Origin: the human T2T-CHM13v2.0 reference genome, Homo sapiens | NCBI RefSeq assembly: GCF_009914755.1 | Contig: NC_060934.1 | Length of the DNA: 64,000 bases | Reading direction: 5' to 3' (one strand) | In this document: positions 62,590-64,000 of the stretch, one piece after another | How positions within the stretch are numbered: the first letter of the stretch is position 1 | How the letters are laid out: each line of letters begins with the position of its first letter | Notes under the pieces: generated by a model | The model's database searches: none | Told to the model about the DNA's origin: nothing | The model's input: the letters and a program-made list of their open reading frames with translations, nothing else | Translations under genes and position numbers: made by a program

Positions 62590-64000
62590 TTTATTGCTTC
62601 CTCTATTCACTCTTTTAAGTTTCGATTTCTGCCAAGTACACTATTAATTTTGTACATCTTTCAGTGATTATTTAGATGTAGGAATTTTATAACTTTATTT
62701 GAAAATATCTTTACTTTGGCTTTCTTGCTGAAGGCTAAGTATAGTTTAGCTGGGTATAGAATTCTAGCTGATAGCTATTTTTCTCTGAACACTTTGAAGA
62801 TACTATTCTGTTATGAACTGGATTGTTTCTTCCTAAAATTTATATGTTGAAGCCCTAGCTTCAGGGAGGTAATTAAGTTTAGATGAGGCCATAACGGTGG
62901 AGCCCTGATCCAGTAGTACTAGTGTCTTTATAAGAAGCAGAAGAGACACCAGAGGTTTATCTCTTTCTATGCAAGCATAGAGGAAAGAAAGGCCATGTGA
63001 GGACACAGCAAGAAGGCAGCCATCTACAATCCAAGAGCCCTCATCAGAAACCAAATTTTCTTTAACATTGATCATGGACTTCTAGCATCCAGAACTGTGA
63101 GTAAATGGACTTCTAGCTTCCAGAACTGTTTGTTCCTTAAGCCACCCAGTCTGTGGTGTTTTGTTGTGGCAGCCCCAACAGACTAATACAGATTTTGTTG
63201 TCTTCTGGAATTTGCTGTTACTGGTAAGAAGTTTGCTGTATGTCTTTCATTCCTTTGAGGATAATCTTTTCTATTTGCTTTAAAGATGTTTTTTCTCCTT
63301 TCAGGTTTTTCATTATAATATTACATATCAATGTGTGGATTTGTTTTATTTAAAATACTTAGGTCTAAATGACTTTATTCAGTCTAAGAATTCATGTATT
63401 TATTTATTTTTCCCCAGTTCTGGAAAATCCTCAGCTGTTCTCTTTTTGATTATTGTCATATTCTATTTCTCTTTATTCTTTTCTGGAATTCCTATTAGAA
63501 TGTGTGATGGATCTTATTATGTCCTCCTAGCAATTTATCTTTATTTTATATATTCCATCTCTTTATCTCCCCATGCTGAGCTCTGGATCATTTTTTTCAG
63601 TTTTAGCCTATGATTCACAAATTCTCCTTTCAGTTGTATCTTATATTCTGTTGAGCCCATCCATCATATTTTAATTTTGAAGACTGTTTTTTAAGATGTT
63701 CTATTTATTCTTTTTAAAAATGTTTCCCCCATTGTGTCTTATTTCCTAATGGTTCCTATGCCTTTTTAACTTGTTTCAGATTTAAAAAATAACATTCAGT
63801 TCTACTTGATTAGCTGACTCTTTTCATAGTGATTTGTTTCCTTGTGTGGTTTATAATTTTTATTTTGTTTTTTTAACTGTGAGTTTATATTTGTTAAGAG
63901 GTGTGTCACAGGTCTTGGGTTCTGGAAGGATCACTATTTTTGAAAATTAGGAGTTTCATAGATCTAATACCAGTTTTATGCAATTTTTCAGCTTGGAGTT
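62590..64000 (-). mobile_element. ancient L1ME ORF1-region fragment
   Basis: gctgggtatagaattctag..cactttgaagatactattc; ctggaattcctattag. Confidence 0.65.
62809..63190 (+). mobile_element. ERVL-MaLR solo LTR (MLT1A-like) nested in L1ME
   Basis: tgttatgaactg..atgttgaagccct..ggccatgtgaggacacagcaagaagg..cagactaataca; internal ~31-bp duplication 63073-63129. Confidence 0.85.

Overview
Primate (hominoid, probably human) genomic DNA with no recognisable host protein-coding exon, RNA gene or CRISPR array. It reads as a large intron or gene-desert segment. It holds two near-full-length, ORF-disrupted LINE-1s on the minus strand with TSDs (L1PA5/6-like ~5760-11902; L1PA3-like long form 48591-54765), a 5'-truncated L1PA7-like insertion with a probable 3' transduction, ten Alus plus a fossil Alu monomer, MaLR LTRs, MER DNA transposons, MIR/L2 relics and old L1M/HAL1 fragments. 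Nearly all six-frame ORFs are repeat-derived or chance. The most notable pattern is a series of local template-switching scars: two ~240-bp non-tandem copies placed 0.8-1.5 kb from their donors with inverted junction sequence, a ~45-bp local copy inside an Alu, a 42-bp-arm fold-back hairpin and several short duplications. Other leads are an intact, read-through-extended L1 ORF0, a candidate promoter/first exon at ~2.6-2.85 kb, and a repeat-poor homeodomain/TALE-motif-rich block at ~31-34 kb. I found no convincing wholly new biological system. Subfamily calls and identity values are by-eye estimates.
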